Below are positions 1-31,140 of a stretch of 64,000 nt of DNA, in pieces. Each line of letters begins with the position of its first letter. Position 1 is the first letter of the stretch. The translations under genes and the position numbers were made by a program. Below the pieces are notes generated by a model, which saw only the letters and a program-made list of their open reading frames with translations, did no database searches and was not told the origin of the DNA. The DNA comes from Hormiphora californensis (lineage: Eukaryota; Animalia; Ctenophora), in contig CM035350.1 of assembly GCA_020137815.1 (NCBI GenBank), positions 310,001 through 374,000 on the forward strand, written 5' to 3'.

Positions 1-25
1 ATATAACACTTGTAAACTTTTTCAG

Positions 26-2383
<2,358 letters not shown>

Positions 2384-2887
2384 GGGGCTTTATCCGTGGG
2401 GAGGTTGATCTTTTCCGTCAAAGACAAAAGACTGTATTATCAATTGTAAAAACAATTTTCATTTTTTGTTTTTTTTATTGTTTGAGAAAGGAACGTGAGA
2501 CTTTGTGATGACTGACGACTGACAGCGACTTTACAACGTGCTACTGATTAGATCACCGTAACTTATGTGATTAGTACTGACAGCCTAGAGAAAAGTAGTT
2601 GACAGTGTGGGATAGTGGGAGACATAATATGACAGTTTAGTGACAAGCTGACAGTGTTTGATTTAAATGAAAGATCAGGTATCGACTGAAACTTGCGATC
2701 TCCTGTTTTTTTTGTCACATTGCGTGTATTTAGTGTGACACTGGGTTGATTTTTTTTCTTGATGCACTGCGTGTTTTGTGTGTCAATTTAAGACTAGCAG
2801 TTTTCTTTTCACAGCTAAAATATAACGGAAATAAAAGAACTAATCTTACCATTATAAACAACACTATTCAAATCCCATTTAATAGCC

Positions 2888-17162
<14,275 letters not shown>

Positions 17163-17603
17163 AGGAGTGTGAGAATAGCAAGTTGAAATGAATTTGGTTG
17201 AATTTTGTTTTTATTTAATGCCCGGAGCTTCTGTTGACTGAACACTAAAAGAGACATTGTCGGTATTGATCCAAGAATGTTTTGTCACTGTTTTGTACTG
17301 CGGCTCTAAAACTTCTGAAACATGAAACACCCTGTGTTTGAATTGTCCGCCATGCGGGATTTGTCTGGCGCGCTGCGCATCTTGTGATGAAAGTACACCA
17401 ACTCAGCATTTCGAACTTTCCCGCCCAACGCAACCAAATTCGAAGCGCGCGGTGGCACGCGCAAAAATAACGCAGCGCACAAATTGAAAACAATTGCGCG
17501 TTAAATATAAGTATAAAATCGAAACGCGTGAAACAAACCGTCTGATTCGAAATTTAAATGAGGGGGCGCGATTTTATAATCTGGGTGCCTTGCAGCCTGT
17601 TTA

Positions 17604-17874
17604 TAGTCGAATTTTTTAATCAAGGGACAGGGGCCGCGCATTTACAAAAGTCTTTTTGCGCGTGCTAAACGTTTTCGCTCATATCTCCTGTTCCTGATAA
17701 GATAAAGACTTGGTCTTGGTTGCGTTTAAAAGGTCTTAAAATTATCTTTCTAACGCTTCCGGGTTCAAGTCTTAAGATTGCCAGGAACTTGATCTCGATT
17801 ATCACGCGCAAATACAAAGCCGCGCGACCCCTCTGACTGCGCGGCCCCCTGTCCCTTGATTAAAAAATTCGACT
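17604..17874. mobile_element. MITE with ~37-bp TIRs
   Basis: agtcgaattttttaatcaagggacagggg...cccctgtcccttgattaaaaaattcgact; possible tta TSD. Confidence 0.65.
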
Positions 17875-18114
17875 TTACAGGTGTGCGCTACCAAAAGAGT
17901 ATACTTAGACCGACTTTTTTCAAACGGCTATAGCCATGGAACCACATGGCCGATTTGAGTAAACTAAACGGTATCAGTTAGAGAATCGATAGCCCTAACC
18001 GATAACCCCAAACCAAACCCTAACCAGACCCTAACGGATAGCCCTAACCCGTCGCGCGCCCAAAACTACGAATTGTTAGCAATGAAAGGCACTCAGATTT
18101 TAACGTTTTCCTTT

Positions 18115-18285
18115 ATGAGGCCCCTCGGAAATGTTCAAGTCATGCACAATCAAGTCACGCCCACCAATCATTCATTTCATTTTCAATTACAGCTCAGAAC
18201 ACGCGGAGTGCTTCGCGCGTTCTGCGCTGTGATTGGTGGGCGTGACTTGATTGTGCATGACTTGAACATTTCCGAGGGGCCTCAT
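18115..18285. mobile_element. Short hairpin MITE-like element (~56-bp perfect arms)
   Basis: atgaggcccctcggaaatgttcaagtcatg...catgacttgaacatttccgaggggcctcat. Confidence 0.65.
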
Positions 18286-19405
18286 CCGTTTTTAAAATCT
18301 TAGATCACCCAGTTACATCCCCCTTATGCCCAAGAGGGATCCCTAAAAAATTTCAGTATTTACACATCGTTTTAAAAAAAGCAAGGGATCCCTATCACCT
18401 AAATGCCTTGGTAACGAAGTTACCCCTCCCTTGCCGGCGCGCGAAGCGCACCAAACGAAGGCCGCGAGTGTGAGGTGTCTTCGATACCAACTAAATGCCC
18501 ATCTTACATCAAAAAGCACATGATCCGTCTGTATAAAAGCAAAGAGGCGGCCAAACACCAGGCTTATAGACAGCGAGTGTGAGGTCGAGGTGGTACCTTT
18601 ACACCACTGGTAGTTAATATTTTGGGAGGATTTAGGCTTTGAGAACTTGTTTAAGATTCGTATTACTGGTTTCAAACTTTTATCAACTACAACGTAAAAC
18701 TATTTATTGAGTAGGAAGATGAATCATATGTAAAAAACGAAACGTTTATAATGTCGAGGGCGATAACCGGCCCTACGATTGGAAGAGTCAGTAGACTTCG
18801 TCGCGTGTTTAAACGTCTACCTGTTCTGAAATGACTGGAAATCAGTCCATTAGCACTGGCCCCTATTACTCAGTCTTTCTCAGTCTAATTTGTTTAATTT
18901 AACTTTGAAATCACCATAAAACATCACACGTCAAGCCTCGGGACACTACTATGGGCGTTTCTTCCATTCCCCCAAAACCCCTGATCAGGGCAACGCAATC
19001 AGTGAAGAAAGAAATTAGAAAGCCTGGGTCAAGATCCAGGACCCACTTTGCGGGTGAAAATAGCGAAGAAAATAGGAAAACTAGCAAAAAAGTTTGGGCG
19101 CCGTCACCTCTCTGCGAGCTACGCGGGCTTCGTTTTGGCGCGCTACACACACGAGTTGTAAGGGTGACTGCGTCACCAACAAAAAAGTGGAAAACTGACA
19201 CTATTTTTTATGAGAAGTTGCCGAAAATGAACATTTTATAGCACACGCTTCAGTATAAGCTAAAGCCGTGGAAGAGCTTTCAGTATTCTGGTCAGGACCC
19301 AGTGGGTGCCTTACTCCCCAGTTACATATCCACCTGCTTTATGCTACCATTTAGCTAAACAACTCTTTTGAAAAATATAGGTTTGCTAGCGATGGATGCA
19401 GCACA

Positions 19406-20922
<1,517 letters not shown>

Positions 20923-21034
20923 GTGAGTTGTAGGACGAATAATATGTGATATGTCTTACACAGCTCTTTCTAAACGCCCCAAAAATGTTATATGGCTGGA
21001 TTATTGCACTGTATATACGTGTGAGTGTGTAAAG

Positions 21035-21151
<117 letters not shown>

Positions 21152-21279
21152 CCTGGCCACCACCATTGGCTCGACCACTATAACGCACAGTCACCGCGGC
21201 AGTACAAATGCACATGATAAAATATCTGATGGGACAACGTGGATATTATTTATCTGGGTTTATTTGTATGTGAGAGATG

Positions 21280-21600
21280 GGAGCGGTGTGTAAGAGAGGG
21301 TCTGAGGGGAGCAGTGGGAGGGTCTGAGGGGAGCAGTGGGAGGGTGTGATGGGAGCGATGAGTAAGAGAGGGTCTGAGGGGAGCAGTGGGAGGGTCTGAG
21401 GGGAGCAGTGGGAGGGTGCGATGGGAGCAGTGGGAGGGTCTGAGGGGAGCAGTGGGAGGGTCTGAGGGGAGCAGTGGGAGGGTCTGAGGGGAGCAGTGGG
21501 AGGGTCTGAGGGGAGCGATGAGTAAGAGAGGGTCTGAGGGGAGCAGGGAGAGGGTGTGAGGGGAGCAGTGGGAGGGTGCGATGGGAGCAGTGGGAGGGTG
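21280..21600. repeat. ~22-bp G-rich minisatellite
   Basis: gggagggtctgaggggagcagt repeated. Confidence 0.9.
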
Positions 21601-22050
21601 TTACTTACTTTACTTTGGTTACTTTGAAAGTTTTAGTAGATCCTCTAGATCCACTAGGCCATCCTTTGCATAGAACCACCCATACGCCACCAATCAAGTA
21701 AGGAATTATTGTTTGCTGCAGTATAACCATCGATAGGTGGACGATCAGGAATTGTATCGAGGTGTCTTTGGAGTGCAGTCTTGAACGATGTTAGAGGATA
21801 CGCTAATGTAACACGTGCAGGTAGAGTGTTCCATAGCTTAGGAGGCCTTCACCGAAGCATTTTCGAACGATATCTTCTTAGTTCTTGGCGTGGCGGGATG
21901 TGAAAATAACGACCTCACAATGTTGAAGAAGGGGCCGCGGAGAATTTGTGTGAGCAGTGAACGCTGTTGGTAGAAAAAGACGTTTCTCCCACTTTCCCCT
22001 CCAAAGCGCGGTTTCTCCTGAACTTCATTTGCCAAGTCTTGGAAGGATGG
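21601..22050 (-). mobile_element. 5'-truncated CR1/L2-group LINE 3' end
   Basis: The minus strand translates KLWNTLP...FKTALQRHLDTIPDRPPIDGY..NNSLLDW, a typical ORF2 C-terminus, followed by the tail caaagtaaccaaagtaaagtaagtaa. Confidence 0.75.
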
Positions 22051-24072
22051 AAGTGCAAGAGGATTAATGAATTATTCTCACAGACCAAGTACCCCCTCTG
22101 ACACGTGACAATGAAGCTACTTTTTGATTGGATAATGACGTCATCTGCAGGATCACGTGACTGGTACTACTCACATAACGTGGTGTGTGTTTGTTCTTCC
22201 TCTCGCGCCCTGCAAAGAAGTGTCGCTAGAGAGGCCAGACATACTCTCTTTATCATTATCTCTATGCCGCTCTCTATTCAATGGAGCTCCTATCGGTATC
22301 ATTAAGCAGGCTATAAGTATAATACCCCGGGGTAGTATGGGAGGTCGCGCGGTGAGACAAACGGACCACATGCCGTGAAAAGTTACAAAGTAAAATAGAA
22401 AGAAGTCACTGAGAAGGGAGAGAAAGGGGACACACGAGGATCCTAGTTATGACTACAAACACACAAGTTAGTGGGAGAGGATTAGAGCGGGAAAATGAGG
22501 GTAGGCTGGAGGGAGGGAGGTAAACTGATTTTACAGCTATTTCAACAATATGACGTGATACTGCCCGTCTGGCTGGGGGAGGGAGCATGAGAGCTGGCTG
22601 CAGCTGATATTATATACTGCCACTAGACGCTAACAGTGCTCCCTCGTGAGGGAGGGCGGGAAAATCAAAAACCCGTCTGACATGATCCCACAGGAGATCC
22701 CGGGTCGGCCAGACAACTAACTAACAAGAGCGCCAATAAGGGTAGGTATCATGCCGTGGAATAGATCATTGGCCACAGTATGCAAGAAAGGGCTGTTATT
22801 ATATTTTGCAAGGGGTGAACAATGAACAATGCCGCTATAGTTATTACAAGAAAGCAAGTCGCGTGATGGCTTGATTTTGGGGAGGGTTGATTTAAAATTC
22901 CCACGGTCTGTGCAACAGTTGAGTACCACTTCTACTACTCCTCCTCGCACCAGTCCACATGGTACGCAAACCACTGTGTACCACCGCGAGTAACCCAGAC
23001 ACAATTGGCACTCCAGCCGGTGACCTAGTCACAATTGGAACACCGCCAGTGATCCAGTCGCAATTGGAACCCCGCCAGTGACCCAGTCGCAATTGGCACC
23101 CCCGCCAGTGACCCAGTCACAATTGGCACCCCTGTCACACATGACACATTAGACAAACTGTACTGCTTCGGCAGTGCATAGGTATACCAAACCTAACCTC
23201 GCGTGGCAAAATGTAGCCTAAACAATTGCAATCCCCCCGCCAAAATCTATGATCTGAAGAGTATTCACGAATACGAGGGGGAAATACTTATGGTGTTAAT
23301 ATGATCGATAAGAGCCCGTGACCACCGGGCAGGTCGAGGTCAACAGGACCACCTACGGCCAGACATCTCTGGAGACATTAGAAAACGCAAAGTGCCGCCT
23401 CTGGAAGCTGATACTTAGCAAATGCTTGCCAGTGTGAATCGATTTAAAGCTACCGCTATTGGAAAATAGTCGCCGGACTCCCAGGCCGTAGGCAGATCTG
23501 TCATACTAAGGGTACCGACCCAAAGCCTGAGATGTGTAAGATACGTTGTCAGCGACACCGTAGTCCGCTACAGTGAACCATCGTTACATCGTATCCGGCA
23601 ACCCACCTACTTCTACAGTTGCTTGCAACAGGGGGCAGGGGGCAGGGGAGAACTCAGCGGGCAGCAAGGAGGGGGGAGTAAGATCCCCTATCCCCTCTGC
23701 GCGGCCTGCTGGACGAACCCAGGCTCGACCTGGAGAACACCGACACGTGACCTTTTTGTGTGGGGACATGTGGCGAGAGGTGAATTCCTAGGGGCAGGCT
23801 GTCTCGTCTTACATGACAGCTAAGTGGGTCGGAATGTTGGGAGGTACTAAACACACACACACACACACACGGTCTGTGTATATATTGTACACGCGCGCCA
23901 ACTCAGGGGTCTTTAGTCCTGTCTGGCGTCTGCGCGCCCTACAGACATAACTAGCAATTAGTGTGTGACAAGGTTGTGTCCCTATTATACATTACACACA
24001 GGAAATTGGGAATCACCGGACCTATAATTATACACCAATGGGGTTCTAATAACACAACCCTTCATTGTGCAG

Positions 24073-24421
24073 GTGTTCAACTACAGTGTGATAAACGTTG
24101 TTCTACAATATATTCACACGGGGAGCTGCTATATCTACACCTCACACCTACCCAGTCTTATAGCCGCAGCGGACAGGTAACAGCTAGATCCGATTCAGTT
24201 TTCTAATGTATTTAGATAACATAATTGCATAGATGATAATATTTAACTTCAGATTTGAGCTACCCGAGTTACGGGAGGCCTGTTTGAAGATTCTGCCTAA
24301 TGCCATCTCATTCTCAACAATAATCTCAATGTTGAACGCAATGGAGCATTACATCCAGTACTAATCTGTCAAGTGCATGCTTCAGAAACTACTGGAGTTC
24401 GTAGACCAGAATATAAGAAAG
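24073..24421 (+). pseudogene. Two-exon BTB/BACK-domain fragment with an in-frame TAA (24362-24364)
   Basis: Exons 24073-24176 and 24253-24421 splice to LQYIHTGSC...AAADRFELPELREAC...EHYIQY*SVKCMLQKLLEFVD, resembling serine-enriched-protein-type BTB proteins. Confidence 0.7.
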
Positions 24422-24486
24422 GTAGGTTACTACTGACTACCTACTATTTTAGGAGAGATAGGTTACTACTCTAATATTTTAGGGAA

Positions 24487-25344
24487 TAGCGCACCCATTG
24501 GGTGCGCCTCAAGTAAGGGGAAACTCTAACTGAATGGCATCCCATTAATGGGATCCCATCAACAGTAAAACTCTAACTGATAATGGACCACAGTGATGGT
24601 TCTTTCTCTGTATTCTCTCTGTAGACAGTCAATCAATCAATCAATCAGTACATTGGGCATGCCCGGGCACGGGCGCGCACACAGAGAGAATACAGAGAAA
24701 GAACCATCACTGTGGTCCATTATCAGTTAGAGTTTTACTGTTGATGGGATCCCATTAATGGGATGCCATTCAGTTAGAGTTTCCCCTTAAGGCTTTTGAT
24801 AACCCACCCGGCTTTCGCCCCTTTCTACGTCAAAAACACGGTTGCCATGGCAACTGAATTGGTAACTATGGGGACTGGCATGTCAAAGGTCATTCGAAAG
24901 TATTAACAAACTTCCACTGGAAGTTCGAAAAGTGTGAGTAACAGCTTTACAGCTTTGGGCCCATTAAGTGTTTTATGAAGGAGCACCCATTCCTACCCGG
25001 ATATTATTTGTGGTTTTTTGATCTTTGATGTCGATTTTTTCAAAAACCCTACTTGGGATTAAATTAATTCTTTTTCTAATCGACTAATCCTGAGCTTTCG
25101 AAAATGCACCCTATTGATATAGATCGGATGAAAAAACTTCGACGCGACATCTCCAAGTTATAATATAGACTAGAAAACCCGTTTATTTACAGCGCCCGTT
25201 CTCTCAAATACCCACTCCCCTTGCCCACTGTCCTTCCGGTGTATTTATCTGCACGTGCAGTATAAACCAACCCGCCCCTAACAACCTCTTCAATTTGCAC
25301 GTGCACAAACGGTTGCTAGCGACATTTCCAAATTATAATATAGA
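24487..25344 (-). mobile_element. Two head-to-tail non-autonomous Helitrons (24487-25169 and 25170-25344)
   Basis: Both have minus-strand 5' ends TCTATATTATAA. The first ends in hairpin GCGCACCCA-A-TGGGTGCGC and is homologous to 47606-47911; the second ends in CTAG. Confidence 0.7.
24516..24787. mobile_element. Palindromic MITE, TA TSD, inserted in the Helitron
   Basis: ta|aggggaaactctaac...gttagagtttcccct|ta. The empty site caagtaaggc is seen in the 47.6-kb copy. Confidence 0.8.
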
Positions 25345-25347
25345 TGC

Positions 25348-25472
25348 CCCGTAGTTTTAAGCGATATAACTCGTCTACCCCCGCATTTGATATGTTGTTT
25401 GATGTTCAATGAACATACGGGACTAACTATCAAATGCGGGGGTGGACGAGTTATATCGCTTAAAACTACGGG
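25348..25472. repeat. Short inverted-repeat element (~45-bp arms)
   Basis: cccgtagttttaagcgatataactcg...cgagttatatcgcttaaaactacggg. Confidence 0.7.
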
Positions 25473-25806
25473 ACATAACTATAGCGGCACTTGAATCTAA
25501 TTGAAAGGGGGGACGGGGGTATTATATCCCACACTACCGAGGTCTAGTTCACTGTATGACAATATAATGAGATGAGTTACTGATAGATCACGCTATCACA
25601 CAGCAGAATTCCTGGTAATATCTCGGGAAAATAGAAAACTCTCCGACATAGACAGTTTGGAATATTGATTAAATTTAAAAGCATGTGAGATATAGGTGGC
25701 GTGGCGACCGACCAGACAAGAAAGATATAACTAGTCTAACAGTCTAACTGCTAATGGAAGTCTAACAGGCGTTGGAAGATATGGTCTGTTGATGGGGTTC
25801 TCTAAC

Positions 25807-28800
25807 CTGACATTTCTCACAGGTAGATCCAGTGTACCCTGGTTTGCAGTAGCATTTTCCAGTTGCTGGATTACACGGTTTCATCAACCTCCCCTTATAG
25901 TTGCACTTACACACTGGGAGTATTATAGTCAGATAACTACACACATGTTGTATAGCTACATTACTCACATTTACAGACGGGGCTATCTGGGGTCTCTCTC
26001 CAGTAGTCGTGATAGCAGGTATTACAGAACCGACCCTTCATACCTTGAACACAACTGGGAATGGTATCATCAGCTGGAGCAGGTTTAGTATATTAGCGGC
26101 AGTGTGATCAAACCCCAGTTGTGAGGTGGTACTAAGTTGAATGCTATATATAGTGGTGTACTCACTGTAAGCACTCCCCCGTTACAGGATGACACGGCTG
26201 GGTATAGCTCATATCCAGATTGCCACTACACGGGCAGGGGGTGCACCCCACAGAGGGGGGTCCATAGTGACCCTTCTGGCACCTGTCACACAGGGCCCCC
26301 TCAACCCCTGGTGGACACTGGGTACACGTCACCTGACCTGAACTCTCGTTCATAGAACACGATCTGTGAAAGAATTGCGAATTTGATAGGGAAAGTTAGA
26401 GCGGAATGCTGTGTATTCTGTCAGGCCAATGCTCTGACAGTGTGTATTAGAAGATTTTAGATAGTTATGGATAGAATTCAAAGATAGATATTATTTGAGT
26501 TGACTTTGCAGTCAAGACATTATTATAACTTCCACACATCAGAAGAAGTAAACTCACCCCTCATTGGGACAGGGGCATGGCTTGCACCCCATCATAGTCC
26601 CATTGTGGTGGTGGTAGTACCCAGCAATACACTTCTCACATTCCCTACCCGTGGTGCCAAACTGACAATCCTGTAGGAGTGAGAAGGACAGAATAGTTAC
26701 CATCGTTACATCATTGTTACGGTGTCTATTTAGTTACCACATGGTTACCATGGTTACAACAGAAGGTGTAACTAACCTGACATGTTCCAGTGTGATCACA
26801 AGTGTCCGCTAGACCCTGACACTCACACCTTCTACACACCTTTCCTTCTCTATAGAAACCCTCCATACATCCCTGGAAGGGTATAATATCATTAGTTACT
26901 GGTATTATTAAATAGTTACTGGATATAATACATGTTCTCTGAGCGTGGCAGTATGGAGACAAGAGGTCTCGTAGTATGGAGACAAGAGGTCTCGTAGTAT
27001 GGAGACAAGAGGTCTCGTAGTATGGAGACAAGAGGTCTCGTAGTATGGAGACAAGAGGTCTCGTAGTATGGAGACAAGAGGTCTCGTAGTATGGAGACAA
27101 GAGGTCTCGTAGTATGGAAACAAGAGGTCTCGTAGTCACTGCGCTGGCAAGCGCAAAGGTGACCATCCCCTCCCCCCAGCCGCGCGTGCCAGAGTGCAGT
27201 AATAACTTTTTTCAGTTTTTAGCCAAAAATGGCATTTTGCGACGCCCATAGGGAGGCCCCCACTGCACCGATCGGTCTGCAATTTGGTATACAGTGTCAC
27301 ATAGTCTAGATCTACTGTAGTTTAAAAGGGCGGCAGGTGAGTAGAACTTCGCTCCTAATAAAAGGCTGCAATAAAAGGCTGCAGAAAAAGGCTGCAGAAA
27401 AAGGCTGCAGAAAAAGGCTGCAATAAAAGGCTCAATAAAAGGCTGCAATAAAAGGCTGCAATAAAAGGCTGCAATAAAAGGCTGCAGAAAAAGGCTGCAG
27501 AAAAAGGCTGCAAGGGATCACGTATCCAACCAGACTAAAGCGGGGGATAGACCGAATCGTCCTCCCCTAATAGTGTTTCGTATTACGTATCGGCTGTAGT
27601 GAGACCGAATCACCCTCCCCTAATTATAGTGATTCGTGTCACGTACCCAACTAGACCATAGGCAATAGAGAGAGAGACCGAGATATAGAGCGAGTACGAG
27701 TGAGAACTGAGAGAGTGAAAAATCACAATCATGGTATGGTATCACGTACCATGGTATCCTCTAATGAAAAGCGGTTACCAATTGACAATGATACCTCATC
27801 GGTCCCGATACGTTATTCTCTACCGCTATGTATTCTCCATTAGTCTTTCCGTATCGATCCACGATTCAGTAGAGGTAGTCAGTAACTACTGAGTGTTGGT
27901 CTAATGAGGTAGGGTAGATCTATTGATTGAGCGTGTAGCACAATCACAGGTGAACCACCCAACCACTTGGTTCACCTATCATAGTATTTGTGTGATTCCG
28001 CTCTTCTGAATTGCGTACATAAAGACTATTGGCGAATAACGGTAGAAAATCAGTAATCACGTATTGGCACCGATTAGGTCAAATTATAGGTAACCGCATT
28101 TCATTTAATTAATTAGAGGATAGGGGGGGTGCAGCCCAAAAAAAAAACCAACCATACCCTGGATTTTCAAAAGTGTTGATTTTATTTGGTCGTTTTTGAT
28201 TTTTTTTGATCTTTTTTGATTTTTTTTGATCTTTTTTGATCTTTTTTGATTTTTTTTGATCGTTTTTGATTTTTTTTGAATTTTTTTGATCGTTTTTGAT
28301 TTTATTTGATCGTTTTTGATTTTTTTTGAACTTTTTTGTTCAACATTAAACAATCAAAAAAATCAAAAACGATCAAAAAAATTCAAAAACAATCAAAAAA
28401 ATTCAAAAAAAAATCAAAAACGATCAAAAAAAATCAAAAACGACCAAAAAAATCAAAAACGACCAAAAAAAATCAAAGAAATTTCAACCAAAAACGACCA
28501 AAGACGACCAAAAAAAACCAACCATACCCTGGGTTTCGGAAAAAGTTTGAATTTTTTGGGGCTGCACCCCCCCCCAGGATATCATGAAACGTGATACAAT
28601 ACTTAATTAGTCGTCCATGATTCGGATCTCTCGACTCTCACTCTCACCTCTCTAACTCTCTATCTCCGTCTACCTACCGCCTATGGTTTAGTTGGATACC
28701 AGGCACGAATCACTATAATTAGGGGCGGGTGATTCGGTCTCTCTACCACTTATGGTAGAAACCGATACGTGAAACAAAACACTATTAGGGGAGGACGATT

Positions 28801-31058
28801 CGGTCTATCTCCTGCTTTAGTGCTTTAGTCCAGTTGGATATGTGATCCATTGCAGCCTTTTATTGCAGCCTTTTAATGCAGCCTTTTATTGCAGCCTTTT
28901 TCTGCAGCCTTTTATTGCAGCCTTTTTCTGCAGCCTTTTATTGCAGCCTTTTTCTGCAGCCTTTTATTGCAGCCTTTTATTAGGAGCGAAGTTCTACTCA
29001 CCTGCCAAAAGGGCAAGTCTGTATCTCTTTTAGTTTTAGAGATATGGCATCGTGAAAAAAGCAATAAATGTCCCGGGTCTATCTATGTATCTATGTATCT
29101 ATGTATCTATGTATCTATGGATAGACGCTGTTTTTACCAAATTTATAATCATTTTTGAGAGAAAACGACATAAGATAGACACTTCTCGTTTGTTGCATTC
29201 GAAAGATAATCGTTCAAATTGTGTAGACGAATAGTTTTCATGTTCTAGGTCCAACCAGAACGTCTTAACAAACTGTCATAAAGATGCGAGTTTTTTCAAA
29301 TCAACCAAATTTCTTTGAGCTCAATTTACACCCTGAAGACGGCTTCTGATTGAAAAACGGAGACCGCACTTACGAAAGATAATCGTCTATACTTTCAGAA
29401 ACTAAATCGCGAATTTGTGAAACTCTATTTCTAAGGGTCTCAAATCGCGTCTGAAGTGTTAAGACTGTATGAAAATAGATATGACGATAATGCGTTTTTC
29501 GCCAGAGCGACCTCAAATCTTGTCCAATCGATCTCAAACTTGGTCAGCATCTTTATCTAGATGAGCCTGATAATAATATATCCCTATCTTGACGTTATAA
29601 CGTCGTGACGTCACTCTATGACGTCATAATGACGTCAAAATTGAAATTTTCGTATTTTAGCGATTCCTGACGTCCAGACATGTCTTACATTGTATTTCAC
29701 ATCAGAAAATACCAAAAATATACCCCAATTATGCCAAAAACTAACAGAAATTAGTTGGCTGGAAAGGTGACCATTTTGTTGTCAAACTGACACCTTTGCC
29801 CGGCCCGGGTTACGGATATGATCGATGGGGTAAATCAGGGGGTAAATCAGGGAGAAAGAGAGAGAAAGTGAAAGAGAGAGAAAGTGAAAGAGAGAGATAG
29901 AAATCAGAGAGGGAAAGATAATGAGGAAACCCGATGAGGGCAAAGGTGTCAGTTTGACAACAAAATGGTCACCTTTCCAGCCAACTAATTTCTGTTAGTT
30001 TTTGGCATAATATGGAGACAAGAGGTCTCGTAGTATGAAGACAAGAGGTCTCGTAGTATGGAGACAAGAGGTCTCGTAGTATGGAGACAAGAGGTCTCGT
30101 AGTATGGAGACAAGAGGTCTCGTAGTATGGAGACAAGAGGTCTCGTAGTATGGAAACAAGAGGTCTCGTAGTATGGACACAAGAGGTATCGTAGTATGGA
30201 GACAAGAGGTCTAGTAGTATGGAGACAAGAGGTCTCGTAGTATGGAGACAAGAGGTCTCGTAGTATTGAGACAAGAGGTCTCGTAGTATGGAGACAAGAG
30301 GTCTCGGAGTATGGAGACAAGAGGTCTCTTAGTATGGAGACAAGAGGTCTTTATTGGACGCCTCCCAATAATTAAAGTTTTGACTTTTAGGGAGGGGGAA
30401 AGGGCGGCTATATAATCCTCATGCTGGCCTAACAAGCTGTGCATGTTAGAAAGAGGGGAGTGATCATGGGATACCTGCAGCTCTAATTGAATACCGCCCT
30501 GTGGGGATATATAGCTTTCTCACAAGGATAGAGATATCCCCCCCCCCCGGTAGATCACCGTCTATTGCCAAGAAAAATGAATTGCCAATAAATAATATGA
30601 ACATGGATACGCATCACTGTTTTCATATATCCATGTAGTTATCCATCTCTCTACCCCTCTATTATCTAGTACTCTCTCATTCTCACCTCGCACCACAGAC
30701 CCATGTAACCGGGGGGGCAGGAGCAGCGTTCCACGAAGGGAGACATATCCAGATCTAGTACCGCCGTCCTCACTTCACTTTCCACTGTCCGTACAGTCAG
30801 ACTAGGGTACCGCAGTCTAGTGGGAATAGAGTGAGAGGAAGAGGAACGTGGGTCCAGCGTGTTAATCGCAGACCAACGAATCGTTTTATTGTGATATTGT
30901 GATAATCAGGACGTTACCCAATCTAAAGTTAGACCAATAATCGTGAAATTAACGCGGCTAGACCCCCCTCTCCGGTTAAATGACAAGGCGGTGAGAATTC
31001 TGGCTGGAGTGAGACAAACTAACAAGCGGTGGAATGTCATTGGAATGAGCCCTGAATT

Positions 31059-31094
<36 letters not shown>

Positions 31095-31101
31095 GAGAGA
31101 T

Positions 31102-31140
<39 letters not shown>

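Larger units (their letters stand above)
27136..30010 (-). mobile_element. Helentron/DINE-like element related to the KIF11-intron family, no TSD
   Basis: On the minus strand it begins TTATGCCAAAAACTAA with a 5' inverted repeat, has an (ATCTATGT)n tract, and ends GGTCACCTTTGCGCTTGCCAGCGCAGTGA. Confidence 0.85.
26950..30350. repeat. 21-bp minisatellite (agtatggagacaagaggtctcgt-like) split by a 2.9-kb insertion
   Basis: The arrays at ~26950-27135 and 30011-30350 are in register across the insertion. Confidence 0.9.

Noticed and set aside
22100-23830. GC-richer segment with short repeats, possibly a retroelement remnant
   Set aside because: No sustained ORF, termini or recognisable motif, so it cannot be classified.
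26950-30350. Regular short repeats resembling a CRISPR array
   Set aside because: No unique spacers, eukaryotic intron context, and no cas genes.
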